DNA from: the human T2T-CHM13v2.0 reference genome, Homo sapiens
Assembly (NCBI RefSeq): GCF_009914755.1
Contig: NC_060926.1
Reading direction: 5' to 3' (one strand)
DNA: 64,000 bases
Made by a program: the position numbers and the translations under genes. How positions within the stretch are numbered: position 1 is the stretch's first letter; each line of letters begins with the position of its first letter. Shown here piece by piece: positions 1 through 13,103 of the stretch. The notes beneath the pieces are model-generated. The model was not told where the DNA came from. It saw nothing but the letters and a program-made list of their open reading frames with translations, and ran no database searches.

Positions 1-29
1 GGTGATTCTAGTTTCTGGATAGGAAACAG

Positions 30-120
30 AAAAAGAACAGAGGAGGAGGCGAGAAGAAGCAGAAGCATGGGGAGGTGGTGGAGCAGGAAGAAGAGGAGGA
101 AGAGGAGGGGGAGGAGTGAG
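30..120. repeat. GA-rich low-complexity tract
   Basis: Runs of gagga/gaaga. Confidence 0.7.
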
Positions 121-310
121 TTTGGGGAAAAATGATGAGTTCAGTTTTAGACATGATGAATTAAATACATCTGAAAGAATTTCTAGTAGGCCTTTGGGGT
201 ATGAGAGAGCTATGGTAGAGATAAATATTTGCAAGTCATAGTTAGTGATAAATAAGTCATATGCATGAAATCACCCTGGGAGAGAGTATAGAGTGAGTGA
301 GAAGAAAGAT
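121..310 (-). mobile_element. L2 LINE fragment
   Basis: gatgagttcagttttagacatg and tcaccctgggagagagtatagagtgag resemble antisense L2. Confidence 0.7.
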
Positions 311-344
311 ACCAATAAACCACAGCTACCCACAGTCAGGTGTC

Positions 345-670
345 TAGGATGATGAAGTCCCTGGAAACTACTTATCACAGGAAATTTAAAAATGGCTGGG
401 GCTGTTCAGCTTAAGAAGAGAAGAATCAAGTGATTATAAAAATATCTGACTGATTATAAAAATGTATGAATACTTTCATGAAGTAAATAACAGGCTTATT
501 TCACAGACCTAAAATGAAGCTGCTAGGTAAAAGTTGCAAAATTTGGTGGTGTACATAGAAAACTCTTTGATGTATTTGAAATGGTCAGCACTAATACCTT
601 GTGCCATAGTGAACACTCCATTAATAGGATTGCTTCAACAAAGGTGGAGGCTTATCTACTCAAGAAGAGA
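345..670 (+). mobile_element. L3/CR1 LINE 3' fragment
   Basis: ggctggggctgttcagcttaagaagagaaga is a CR1/L3 hallmark. Confidence 0.55.
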
Positions 671-675
671 TAGAG

Positions 676-866
676 CAGTGGCTCCTAAACTTTGCTAAAT
701 CCAAACAACCTGAGGATTGTTGATAAAAAAACGCAAACTCCAAAGCACCACTCTACAGCTCTACAGCGTTTGGACCAGGAATATTCAGGAATATACTATA
801 TATTTCCCCAGTGATATTTATATAGCCAGATTGGCACAGGTCATGGAACAGTTTTGGAAATCACTA
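676..866. mobile_element. MER5-type hAT-Charlie MITE
   Basis: cagtggctcctaaacttt ... gttttggaaatcacta terminal inverted ends; ~190 bp. Confidence 0.6.
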
Positions 867-905
867 CTTAGGAAGTTTTAGATTTTTGGATGTGTACCTG
901 TAAAC

Positions 906-943
906 TGTGTGTGTATGTATGTGTGTGTGTGTGTGTGTGTGTG
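906..943. repeat. (TG)n microsatellite
   Basis: Direct reading. Confidence 0.95.
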
Positions 944-1840
944 CACACACATATGTTTACATACGAGTGAGTCATGAAATAGAAATTATTCCAAGTTGTC
1001 TTCTAATCCTTTCAAAGGGAAACAATTTTATGCATCTAAGGTTTAAACCATGCTTCTTTTGTGTTCTCTCACAGTGCCAAATTGCCTTAGGTTGAGGAGT
1101 GGCATATCCTTACTACACCAAAGTGGGCACATCATACTGCTGAAGGCTGTTTGTGAGGATGAGAAACTTCTTTGAGCAGTGTTTACATGTCTCAGAGCTT
1201 CTGCTCTGTCTCCTGTGGTTTACAGAGGATTAAAGATCTGTTCCACATAAACTGTCTCTACCCAGGAGGACCAGGTGGCACAAAAATGACCCTTCTGAAG
1301 CCATCACCTCTCAATCTGGCTTCTCTATCCAAGACCTTCTTATATCACAGCATCTTCTTTAACAAGATCATCTCTCATTACAGACCATTTTTTGGGCTCC
1401 TAAAGTAGTGTTTACTATACTCAGGATTCAGATCTTAGCCTGCATCTTCTCATTTAAAGTGCAGGCTCCTGCAGGGATCCATATTATCCTTTTTTTTTTT
1501 TTTTTTCCTGCAGTATGTACAACACCTGGCAAGGAACTAAATGCAGAGTAACTGCTAAAAAATATTTATTTGCTGATTCTTAAAAGTTATTGTACCCAGG
1601 GAGATAACATTGAAACAGATTCCTTTCTCTTTTAAAATTGATGGAACTTACTATTACTCATTGATTTTGAAAACTTAAGGTAGTTTGCTTGCATTTCCAA
1701 TAGAAGATTGGATCCAACAAAACAAATTGAAAACCACATATAAAAATGAGTCATCTATTTTTTATTGAATACACATTTTCACGTTAAACATCTTTAATAG
1801 TTAACATGCATTCCTGCTAGCTTTAGAAATCAAACATGGT

Positions 1841-2164
<324 letters not shown>

Positions 2165-2689
2165 TCAATTTAAAACCTTTCATTGAAAGGAAATCCATTT
2201 TTAATTTTTATTTTAATCATTTAAATATTTAAAGATGTTGCCTGTGTTCTCCAAATTTCTTTTAATCATACTGGGTAGGTCTACACAGGGGCTTTTGAGA
2301 CAATGTGCAGTTTTATTAACAGGCTGTTGTAAAGCAAAAGCATTTTTCAACATGGGAAATGCATTTTTCAGCTTCTAGTTTTGCTTTTGAATTTAATAAA
2401 AGGTACAAATGAGTCCTGCTTTGATGTGCTCATGAGGAGGCTCTGTTACTACTGGGTTGGACACAGAAGGATACAAATGCCTTAATATTTAGCATTCAGT
2501 GAAATCATGTTTCAGCTTCGTGCTTTGGCTCAACCCACCTCCGTTGTCTGGCATTTGCCATTCTCTCAAGCGATAAAATTAATCTGCAGTAATTCACTTG
2601 GAGTATATCGGGCTCTGAAGATCTATCAGTGAATAGGATCTATCAAGTATCTTCGCTTCCAGTCAGATGAGGGATCCAGGTTGACCTGG

Positions 2690-2870
2690 CATGGGCTTCA
2701 AACAGGCTTGTGTTCCAAATTCAGCTCTCCCATTTATTATTTATTTGTGACTTGAGTAGTTACTTCTTTGAGATTCCATTTCCTCATCTAAAATAAGGTT
2801 TACTCTGCAGAGTTGGTGTGTGGCTCAGAGATAATACATGTTTGGCTTATACAAGTTCCTTGGTAAACTG
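2690..2870 (+). mobile_element. MIR SINE
   Basis: ttccaaattcagctct...tgtgacttgagtagttactt...tttcctcatctaaaat core. Confidence 0.7.
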
Positions 2871-3644
2871 TCACACTTAAAAAAGTCAATTTCTCCTGAG
2901 AATGAGAGCCCCAAAATAAGGAGATGCTGTGTGGACTGAAGGGAACCTCAGTTTATCCTTCATCTATTTCATGTCCTTGTTTTAATGTCTAAATGCCCAT
3001 TATGTATGTAAGAGGACAGCTCTGTAGCCATCTCAGTTCTTAAAGTACAGATATTTGGGGATTCTGAAAGAGGAAGAGGCTGATTTGCCTGTGAACAATG
3101 AGTGAGATAACTGTACTCTGTACTACTAAAGTGGACTCACCTTCCCTTTCAAGAACAGATTCTGGCAGAGATATTCTGGGACAGGGATGTTGCTGTGGCC
3201 CCTCTGCAGCCCCTAACTGGACTGGACATTGCACATGCTGTTTGCACACTCCGATCAGAAGACCAGTCTTACTTTTGTGATGAGGTAGAGATGAGATGTA
3301 TAGGTAAATGGTGAAGTCAAGAGTGCTGGTAAAGGTCCTCTGTCACGGTTAACACTATCCTATCTCCTCTGCCTATCACCTTTAATATTGCCTTTTTACT
3401 TTTAAAAGGGAGAGCAGGGCTTTTCTTTCTTAGTTAGAAGCAAGGATGTAAATAATTTCATCCAGCTAAAAATTTTAATTCTACTCCAACTTCTCCTTTT
3501 TATGCCCATTGTTCTTCAAAGGAATAAGGTCATCATTCAGAAGACATGACTCCCAGCGTCTGTGACAGCATTTCTTCTGGTGCAACCCATCTTTAATAGC
3601 CTTCTGATTTTATATATTGACCCAGTTTAGGGAATGAACCCTTA

Positions 3645-3865
3645 TTACATGTCCACTATACCTGGCATTACATTAGGCATGATGCATTTCTGATCTCATT
3701 CAATATCCACCACAATCTTTTAAGAGAAGGGGCATAAACTGCAATTTTATATCAGAGAAAACTGAATCTATGAGTTTGCAAGAAGCGTGACTAAGCTATG
3801 TAATGAGAGAAGGAAAAAGTTGACATTTAAAACCAAGTCTGTGGTTTCTTCCATTACATAACCCT
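3645..3865 (-). mobile_element. MIR SINE
   Basis: atctcattcaat...attttatatcagagaaaactga antisense core. Confidence 0.6.
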
Positions 3866-3959
3866 GCCATTCACTTTTAGGAAGAATTGAGGTACCCTGC
3901 ATGTTCACTGCTTCACCCCAACTCTAGAGTGCTTGCACTTTCAAAACTTGGCCAAGTGA

Positions 3960-4323
<364 letters not shown>

Positions 4324-4424
4324 CTGGTGTCACTATTTTTGACCATAGGCATAGTCTGTATCTTTTATTTATCAATATCCATGGGAAGATTAGAAATATA
4401 GCATTAAGAAAAGAGATCTCAGAA

Positions 4425-4650
4425 GCATAGTACAGTGGAAATATTCAGACTTTGGAATTAGACATGCATTCGTTCCAGTCATTATCTATTTGACCATGAG
4501 CATGTTGCTTGATCCACCTAAGTCTCAAGTTCTTCATATATAAAATGGGAGAAGTGGTAAATGTCTTACATGACTATTATAAGAATTAGACAAGATAATA
4601 AACATAACATCACAGAATCTGACACATAGAGACATGCTTTAAGTAACAGA
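4425..4650 (+). mobile_element. MIR SINE
   Basis: gactttggaattagac...ctaagtctcaagttcttcatatataaaatggg. Confidence 0.75.
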
Positions 4651-4759
4651 CCTTATATTAGGACTATTACCTTCTTGTTATCAACATAGTAGCTTTAAAT
4701 ATATGTATAATGTGTACAGATAAATAGTATTCAAATACAATTCAAATTGTTCCTATTTC

Positions 4760-4885
4760 ATACTAGGCTGTAAGCACCTGGACACAGAGTCAAAGCTGTG
4801 TTGTCTGCCACTGTATTCTCAGCCCTTAGCAAGTACTCAGCATATAATAGGTCCTGAGTAAATATTGGATGAATTGTGGATGAAC
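4760..4885 (+). mobile_element. L2 3' end
   Basis: ctaggctgtaagc...cactgtattctcagcccttagc...aaatattggatgaat. Confidence 0.7.
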
Positions 4886-7800
4886 AGTAATTTATGACAC
4901 CTAGGTTCACGACCTAGGACTTTATTAGGCACTCATCAATTTCACAATGTATAAAATATAAACCTGGGGCTAGAAAATCTACAAAGTTCTTAACATATAA
5001 GATGGAACATTTGAAAGTTGTTCAAATGAAACTCATGAGGTATTGTGAGCATCAACTAAGAACATTAAAGCGAAACAAGAGACAGAACATCACATAAAAC
5101 CACTCTTTCCTTTGATTATCTATTTAATGGCAAGAGAAAACATAATGACTTTTCAAGAGTGAATTTGAGGTCATCAACTATATTAATTGAAAAAAAAAAA
5201 ACCCGTCCATCTGATGGATGTGAAATGAAATGTAGATAATGTATACTTCTGAAAGAAATGATCCAAGATGCTGAGAAAGGGTATTTATTAGCCGCCTTTA
5301 ATGAGATGTGGAGAGGAAGAATGAGTTGGTCAGCATTACTGAACAGAGTGCAGACACGTGTTTGCCTGATAGGTCTGAGCTGAAGTTTTGCTGACTCAAG
5401 AGCAAACAAAGATCTACAAAATATTCATAGTTATTGTCGTACTATTATGTTTATGGTCCAGAATTTTCTTATTGATTGTACTTTTTAGATATCCTATGTA
5501 CACATATCATCTTTACCTTATTATATATTATATTCTTTGAGATCGGGGATGATGTGAGCAGTTTTATGTATTCTTTACAGTTTTAGTGTAGTCACAATGA
5601 GACTGAAAACTTTAAAGCAGATATAATTATTTCCACCTTGTAGAATATTTCAGAGGTATGAATGACCCTGAAATGTAAACACTTACCTTGGTGCTCAGCA
5701 GTTCAGTGAATAAATTTACTGTTATTATTGTTGTTAGTATAATTATTGGTATGCCAACAACATATTGAAGGTTTGCCCCCTTGATTTAGTCATCCCTCTT
5801 AAAGACCTTTTAATAGAATAGCAGAAATTAGGGAGGCATAAGTGGAGGAGAACCATAAAACAAATATTTCCACTGATGATGTTCTCATATTTTCTCCACT
5901 CCCTAGTACTTTAAGCCCTGGTGTGTTATGTCAGCGTCAAATAAATTGGCTAATTAAAAGCCCTTAATTTGCTTCCTCCTAAAGAAGGATTTTTCCCCTC
6001 TCTGATTTGAGTCACTGACATATTTGGGCCTTGATACTTCACTTCTTGATGAAGACAATGTTTTCTAGTGCATGATGCTTCCCTTAAGCAGAATTTTAAG
6101 TACTGCTCTCCCGTCTTACCCTCCACCTTCACTGGGAATGAGACTTTGCAATGTTCTGTTTCTGACCAGGATATGTTCTCTGGAATCTATTACTGGATTG
6201 CTTTTCCTCTGTGTATTTGAAACTTAGGTGTATATCAAAATAACTTTGCCATGAAAAGCAGCATATTTAGTACTTGTAACTCACTCTAATTCAACTTTAC
6301 CTCACCTCAATTCTTTTGGAGGATATGATAATGCAATTTCATGGATCTTATTGCTTTATTTTAGAGTGTACATATTTAAGTACTTAGAACTATTTAAAAG
6401 AGATGCATATAAAAAAGCGATAGATAAAAACATACCACACAATGACATTTTGTTGAAAAAAATTATAAGAAATTAGTTATGGGAAGAGAATCCTTTTTGA
6501 TTTATTATTTTTTCTCCTCTTATTATAACTTGATGCTCAAGTTGCACAAATAATTTTGAGATATTTGTTTGACACGCAGGTGTTGTATCCATCACAAAAT
6601 ACTTATTTCTTTCTTTCACTAGTATTTTTGAAACCATGGCAACAGAGTATATTATTGCCTAGTCCAGACTGTCACAGGAGAATGCATTGCTCTTTTCATA
6701 TAGTGAAATTCTGTTTAGGGAATGATCCAATCTCAAGAAAACCAATCTATGTTTCACCCAGACAGCCTTTGTGTTACAGCAGAGCACTCAGCTGTTGAAT
6801 ACTCCCCACCCTACATATTTTCCCTGCATATGCCTGGGGAGCAAGGATATTTCCAAATAACTCTTCCCTGGGGTGAGTGTCTGTAAATGGAAAGGCAAAA
6901 GAGGTAAAGGACATGTTGAGTACTAAGGTTTCCCCTTACAGAACTTAGAGTAAGAAACATGGCATAAAAATGATTCAGCTGAAGTTAATAACCTAAGGCA
7001 TTGGTGCCTTTTGGAGTTAGAGTCCGTTTGGAGTAAGTCTGCTCCTGCCCTTCCACAATGTCACCCTCTGAATGATTTCAGTTTGTTCTTTTGGCACAGG
7101 CTCAAGCTTAACGTGCATCCAGGAGAACTCCACTGAAAAGTGGAATTTGAAGTTCTATGGACATTCAGGATGTTTGGTGTTTTTGAATTACTCATGGGAT
7201 AATATCCTCCAGACCCTGATTATTGAATTTTTTAAAGGTCCATTTTCTGCTTTATAGAGAGTCTGGTATACATTTCCCAGGTTAAGATCTGGTAGAATTT
7301 TTTATGAACATCAAGGACATCTCATTACATAGAAAAACTGAAGGCAGTATTTGGACAGTTGTGGAAGCTCACAAGTTACTTGCTTGGCTCTCTTTCCTGG
7401 CTGCTTTAAGACCCCCTACTTCATACCTGCATACTTAGCCCACAGAAAGCTCTGCTACTAATACTATTCCCTGTGATAGCTACTGGTGGACGGGGGTGGG
7501 CGGAGTTCCAACTAACTTTGAAGTGAAATCTTTATTAATGTCACTATGATTTGCTTTTCCTGTTCCCAATGTTCCATCTCATCGCTGAGAATTCTAACCA
7601 AGTTTGTTTAGTTGTAAGAAACAGTGATCTCCTTCAAACACCTCAAATTGTAAAAATAAAAGTGAATTATTCAAAACCAACAGTCATCAGAAACCACAGC
7701 AACTTCAGCAGCCAGCTATTCTTCTGTGCTCCCTCAGGGCCGCCTGCTTTCTGTTTGTAATGGCATCTCTGCTGTCTGTGAACCTATTTCATTCTCTACT

Positions 7801-8199
7801 CTCTGCTGACTAGTGAGTGTCCTCTAGTTATTCATATTTTTTGCTTCCTTATAATTCCTCCCTGCAAGGGAGGCTTGCCTTGGTCTTAACTTTACCTCTG
7901 GGCATCCTTTCTGCTTCCGACGCTACCAATAGCTAAATGCTTTTCAGCTATTTGCTTCTGTAAATTTCTGATAAAGGCCCTGTTACATTTGTGTGCAAGG
8001 CTGCAAGTTTCTATGTAGTTGCTAACTTTTCATCCTTGAATCAGGTGTCCATCCTTGATTCAATCATGGTTGGATGATGGAACGAAGGTCTTGTGATACT
8101 AGCCATGGTGATTCCGTCCATCTCTGTCACTTGGCAGGGATGTGGGTAGCCAGTTCCCTTAGAAAGACCAATATGTTGTCAGCAACAAGAAGCACACTG

Positions 8200-8490
8200 A
8201 GCCATTCAACACAGGTTCAAAATACCATTGTGAATTTGGCCTATTGGGTGCAACTTTCCTCATCTGTAAGTAGGCCAGTGACAGTATCTCAGGGCTTTTG
8301 TAAAGATTGCAGATGTAAGTGAGTAGCACAATGTTTTCCATTTTCAATCAAGAATTCTATGATTAGTTGAAGTAGAAGTGTTATTAGTAATAATAGTTAT
8401 ATAATTTTAGTAGTAATAGTTGTAGTGAAAAGAGTAGTATTTTAGTAGTAATAGTTATAGCATTTGTAATAGGAAGTAGTAGGAATAGTG
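8200..8490 (+). mobile_element. MIR fragment followed by degenerate (TAG/TAA)n tract
   Basis: tttcctcatctgtaag core, then tagtaatag repeats at 8380-8490. Confidence 0.55.
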
Positions 8491-8589
8491 GGAATAGCTA
8501 AAAAGAACGAGTTTAGTGGAGTTCTGGCCAGGAGGAGAAGCTGTGTCTTTTTGCTCTTGCTACGTTTCTACCTCAAAGACCTGGCCAGA

Positions 8590-9100
8590 ACTCCAGCTTT
8601 TCAGACCAGATCAGCAAGTGATGAAAATAGAGCTCAAGCAAAATTAATAGGGGAGAGAGAATTGATGTGTTTGCTTTTATAACTGAAGAGTCAAGGCATA
8701 GTCTGGCTTCAGGTGGTGGGTCTAGAGGATGAACAAATGTCATAAGTATTCTGTAGAGACCTTTTATCTTTCGGCTAAACTTTCCTGTGGGTTGATTTTA
8801 CTCTTAGGTAGACTTTCCAGACATAGCAGGAAAGATGGCTGTTGGCATATATAGTTTTATCTTTTTAGCTATTCATCCTAGAGGAATAGTGCATACCTTC
8901 TACTCACCAGGCAAGCACAACACCTATAAAAGACTTCATTCTGGCTGGATGCTCTGACCATTCATGAATCTGTTACTATGGCCATGATCAGTGGGGATTG
9001 GGTACTCTTGCGTGATATGGGTTTCTAGGTCTGAAAGTGGGTTGTGGGAAGGCTTAGTTCCACTTAAATCACATGGAGTTAAAAATGGAATTAAAATGGC
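8590..9100. mobile_element. Old MaLR/ERVL LTR remnant (MLT1K/LTR33-like)
   Basis: ataactgaagagtc...ggcttcagg...aatgtcat...ggaaagatggctg pattern. Confidence 0.45.
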
Positions 9101-9684
9101 TAGCAGATCCTCAATAGCAAGTGAAAAATAGGAGCAGAAAAAGAGCAGGTGTCTACCTCACATGACTTACAAGTTGCTGTAAGGTTTCCAGGAGATGATG
9201 CATACAAATTGCTGTATCAAGTAGCTACCTTATAAGTAGATATATGATTAACAGTTATCCTTACATTTTTCTTCCATCACATTTCTTGCTGTTATGTCAC
9301 ATTTGGCCTCAGCCCCACTTTTTAAAAAAATCATATTCCTTGGTATAAATTAGATGACTACTTGGCATTGATTTTAAATATCAGATAACAGTGGGTTGAA
9401 GCCTTAAAGGTTTCTTTTTTTCAACCCAAAAACTCTGACCTGAGGCCTTGTTAAAGGCTGAGACATTGATCCATATTCTGAGTTACACAGCCCCAAGCCC
9501 CAAAGTCAACTCTAGCGTCTCTGTCTTGCCTGCTTCTGCCCGTCTGTCAAACAACTTCTTGAACATTTTCTTGTTTCTACCCCTACCCTATATATTTTAT
9601 GCATTTCCTCCACCTGTTCCTATGGCTAATACCCAAGTTCAAGCCTTCATTGCTGCTGCTTCTTTTTTTTTCATTTTTGTTGGT

Positions 9685-10100
9685 TTCTTTTTGAAAAAGG
9701 AGGTAAAATTTATGTAACTTAATCCACTTAAAGGAATACAATTCAGCGGCATTCAGTACATTCACAATGTTGTATAGTTATCATCTATATCTACTTAAAA
9801 ACATGGTCATCCCAAAAGGAAGCTCCATACCTATTAAGCAGCCACTCCCCTTACCTTCTTTCCCACAGCCCCAGGTAACAACTAATCCACCTTCTGTCTC
9901 TGTGGGTTTATTTATTCCAGATATTTCATATAAATGGACTAATACAATCTGTGATTTGTGTGTTTGGCTTCTTTCACTTAGCATGCTGTTTTCAAGGTTC
10001 ATCCATATAGTAGCTTGTATCAGTACTTCTTTCCTTTTTATGGATGAATTGTATGGATATAGCACATTTATAAAAATTCATTCATTCGTTGATTTTCCAT
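9685..10100 (-). mobile_element. L1MB-type 3' end
   Basis: tacaattcag...ttcacaatgttgt...tggcttctttcacttagcatg...ttcatccat. Confidence 0.85.
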
Positions 10101-10371
10101 TTTTTTAACCCTTACCTTGGCTATTGGTAGAGCCTCCTGTCAGGGTGTCTCTATTGCTTAACCACAAGGAACAATGTTCACTTTGTATTCTGGATGAATA
10201 GCGCTTCCTGGGGATGTCCAACACAGGGACTCTATTCCTACCAGAAGCTTTGTCACACCTTATCTCAAATGCATGGCAGCTATGGTGTCTTTCTACCTTC
10301 CTAAATCTCATTTTTGATCATATCACCCCTTACTCTAAATCTGTTGATGATTTTCTATTACTTATTTGTCA

Positions 10372-10570
10372 ATTACAATAATATTAATAGCTATAATCTA
10401 TTCAAAGTTTGCACCATTTTTCATACTGTTTACATGAATACACATTTAATTATCATATATATGTATATATATTTTTCTCATTCTACAAGTGAGGAAACTG
10501 AGTCACAGTATAATTAAGAACTTTTTCAAGTTCACACAGAAGGAAAGTGTTGGAGCCAAGATAGGAACTC
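10372..10570 (-). mobile_element. MIR SINE
   Basis: attctacaagtgaggaaactgagtcacag...ggagccaagataggaac. Confidence 0.75.
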
Positions 10571-10574
10571 TACC

Positions 10575-11157
10575 AGTAGCAAACAGATCCTAAAATGACT
10601 CCCAGTAATCTCTACCTCCAGGTGTTCATGCCTTTCCATAATCCTCTCTTCTTGAGTCCTGAATGTACCTGTGATTTGTTTCTAACCAGTAGTAAATGAC
10701 AGAGGAAATATTAGGATGGGATGGGATGTCACTCTGGTGATTGCATTATGTTGTGTGAGTCTGTATTTAGCAGGCTAGAGCTAGAGACTCCCCTTCCAAT
10801 CTTGATGAAGTAATTGGTCATGTTGGAGAGGCACACATGGCAAAGAATTGTAGACAGCCTCTAGGACTTAAAGGTGGCCTCTACCCTCCAGTCAGCAAAA
10901 AGCCAGGACCCTTAGTCAGGGAGTTACAAGGAACTGAATTCTGCCAAACCCTTAAATGATTTGGGAAGCAGATACTTCCTCAGTCAAGCCTCTAGATGAG
11001 AATGCAGCTTGATGAATGTCTTGATTACAACTTTGTTGTGGGACCCAGTTAAGTCATGCCCAGAGTCCAGATGCATGGAAAGTGTGTGATAATTAATGTA
11101 TGTTTTAAGCTATTCAGTTTATGGCAATATATTACACAGCAATAGAAAATGAATGTA
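10575..11157 (+). mobile_element. MLT1E-type MaLR LTR
   Basis: aaggaactgaattctgcc...ttttaagctattcagtttatggcaatatattacacagcaatagaaaat end. Confidence 0.8.
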
Positions 11158-11447
11158 GATTCTGGTAGCTGAAAGTGGAATACTGCTGTAACAAATACAT
11201 AAAAATAAGACATATTGAGGAATATGAAAAAGATTAAAGCGTTTGAACAGACTGTTAGTAGAAATCTAGATTTGGAGGACACTGCTGATGAGGACTCAGA
11301 AAGAAATGAGGAACAAGTTATTGGAAACTGGAGAAAGAAGTATACTTGTTATGTAGTGACAGAAGCATAGCAAAATTGACTCCTGCAGTTAGACAGAAGC
11401 AGGGTTTGTAAATGATGAGTCTGGATCTATAGCTATGGGGGATTTCT
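11158..11447 (+). mobile_element. MLT1 internal sequence (truncated)
   Basis: gattctggtagctgaaagtgg directly after the LTR; attggaaactggagaaag...cttgttatgtagtg. Confidence 0.75.
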
Positions 11448-11448
11448 C

Positions 11449-11742
11449 ATTTATTTATTAGAGACAAGGTCTTTCTCTCTCACCCAGGCTGAAGTGCAGT
11501 GATGTAAACCTGGCTCACTATAACCTCAAACTGTTGTACTCAAGCAATCCTCCCACCTCAGCCTCCTGAGTAGTAGAGACTACAGGAGCATGCCCCCACA
11601 CCTGGCTAATTTTTAAATGTTTTGTAGAGACAAGGGTCTTGCTATGTTGCCTAGTCTGGTCTCGAACTTCTGACCTCAAGTGACCCTCCCACCTCAGGGT
11701 ACCAAAGTGCTAAGATTACAGGCGTGAGCCACCATGCCCAGC
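11449..11742 (-). mobile_element. AluJ
   Basis: Antisense Alu with J diagnostics (caatcctcccacctcagcc, cttgctatgttgcc). Confidence 0.9.
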
Positions 11743-11744
11743 TG

Positions 11745-13103
11745 CTAGGGCCACAGCTCTTCTCTCCTCCTGTTTGCCTGCAATGTGGTGAGCAGGGGGC
11801 ATGTTTCAGCCCTGTTTGTGTTACAGTAGCTTTTTTAGTCTAGATTAACCTAATTTGGCAATAAAGCTCCTCTTCATCTTGCTCACCCTTCACTTGTTTG
11901 CATACCTTATTCTTCCTGGTCACAGGACAAGGACTCAGATGAAGAGGAGCTTTATTGAGCAATAGAACAACTCAGAGAAGACCAGCAGTGGGCAGCTCTT
12001 CTCCATAGCCAGGGTGTCCCGATGAGCGTTCAGCTCCTAGCAGAGAGGGTAGTTCCTCTCTGCAGGCAGGTCCTCCCAACAAGTGTTCAGTTCTCAGCAG
12101 AGAGAGCTCCTCTCTCCAGCTAGTTGTCTTATCATCTACAGCTCTCAGCAGAGAGGAGGCCCTAGAGTGGTTGGCTCCTCTCTGCAGGCAGGTCATTCCA
12201 TCATCTCTGCAGCTCTCAGCAGAGAGGAGGCCCTAGAGTGTTTGGCTCCTCTCTACGGCTGGTCATCCCATCATCTCTCCATCCTCTGCTCTGCTCTGGC
12301 TGAGCCCAGGACTTCTGTGGGCCTCAGAGGGGAGGAAGTGCATGCCAGTTGGTCCATGGGTGGCCATGGGCAGGCCAGAAAAGGCACCACAAGTCCCCAA
12401 TCTGGTCCATGGGACTGGCAGCCCAGCTTCCATCCTTCAGGCCCTCCCTGGCTTGAATTGGGGCCTCAGAGGGGACCTGTCCCCTTCCACCTAGGAGCCC
12501 GTCTGCCTTCTGCCATCATTCATAGTGCCCAGGCTGCTCGTACCAAGGGACACCTTCAGGCCAGGGCCAAGCCGCCCTCACCCCCCTCCTTGGCTTCCCT
12601 CACCCTCGCATTTGTTGGTGCCCAAAGTCTGGAGGGGGCTGTGGCAGCAGGGCCCAAGCATGCACACACCCAGCCGGGCTGTGACAGCACCTGAGCTTGG
12701 CCCCAGCCCCACTCGGAGATGGAAGCAGGTGCTGAAAGTTGGGAGAGGCCAGTCAGTGGGAGCAGGCACATCCTAGCCTGGGGGGGTCGGGGCTCCTGCC
12801 CACGCTACTGGCTGGTTTCCTGAAGTGGGTGCAGCTCCTCAATCTTGGCCCCAGCTCCAAGCCCTGGGTCTGGGCCCTGTGCTCTGTGTGCAAGTGCAGC
12901 CCCACCTGGGGCCTAGCTCCACCTCAGGGCCCCTCTCTGCCCAACCACATTGCTCTCCTGGCGGGCTGCTCCCCTACCAGCAGGTGATGTGGCCTGTTCC
13001 CATTGCAGTGGCCCCAGGGGGCTGTGTGCCTCCTCCTCAAGCCCTCCCTGCAGTGGCCAGTGTGATGGCAGCAGCCTCTTGAGGCAGTGCCCAGCTGCCA
13101 TCA
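11745..13103 (-). mobile_element. MER52-family ERV1 LTR, 3'-truncated, with internal micro-inversion
   Basis: GC-rich; repeated ctcagcagagag/ctcctctct units; 5' terminus tgatggcagc at 13103 on the minus strand; gtaacacaaacagggctgaaacatg motif. Confidence 0.8.

Noticed and set aside
431-470. Small direct repeats (tgattataaaaat x2; others near 8031, 40608, 57818, 62131)
   Set aside because: Ordinary short slippage duplications.
5675-5740. Perfect minus-strand donor caag|gtaagt
   Set aside because: Falls in a degenerate MIR 3' end; no matching acceptor.
12083-12694. Longest ORF (203 aa) and overlapping ORFs
   Set aside because: Lie inside the GC-rich MER52 LTR, where stops are rare; no recognisable domain; non-ATG start.
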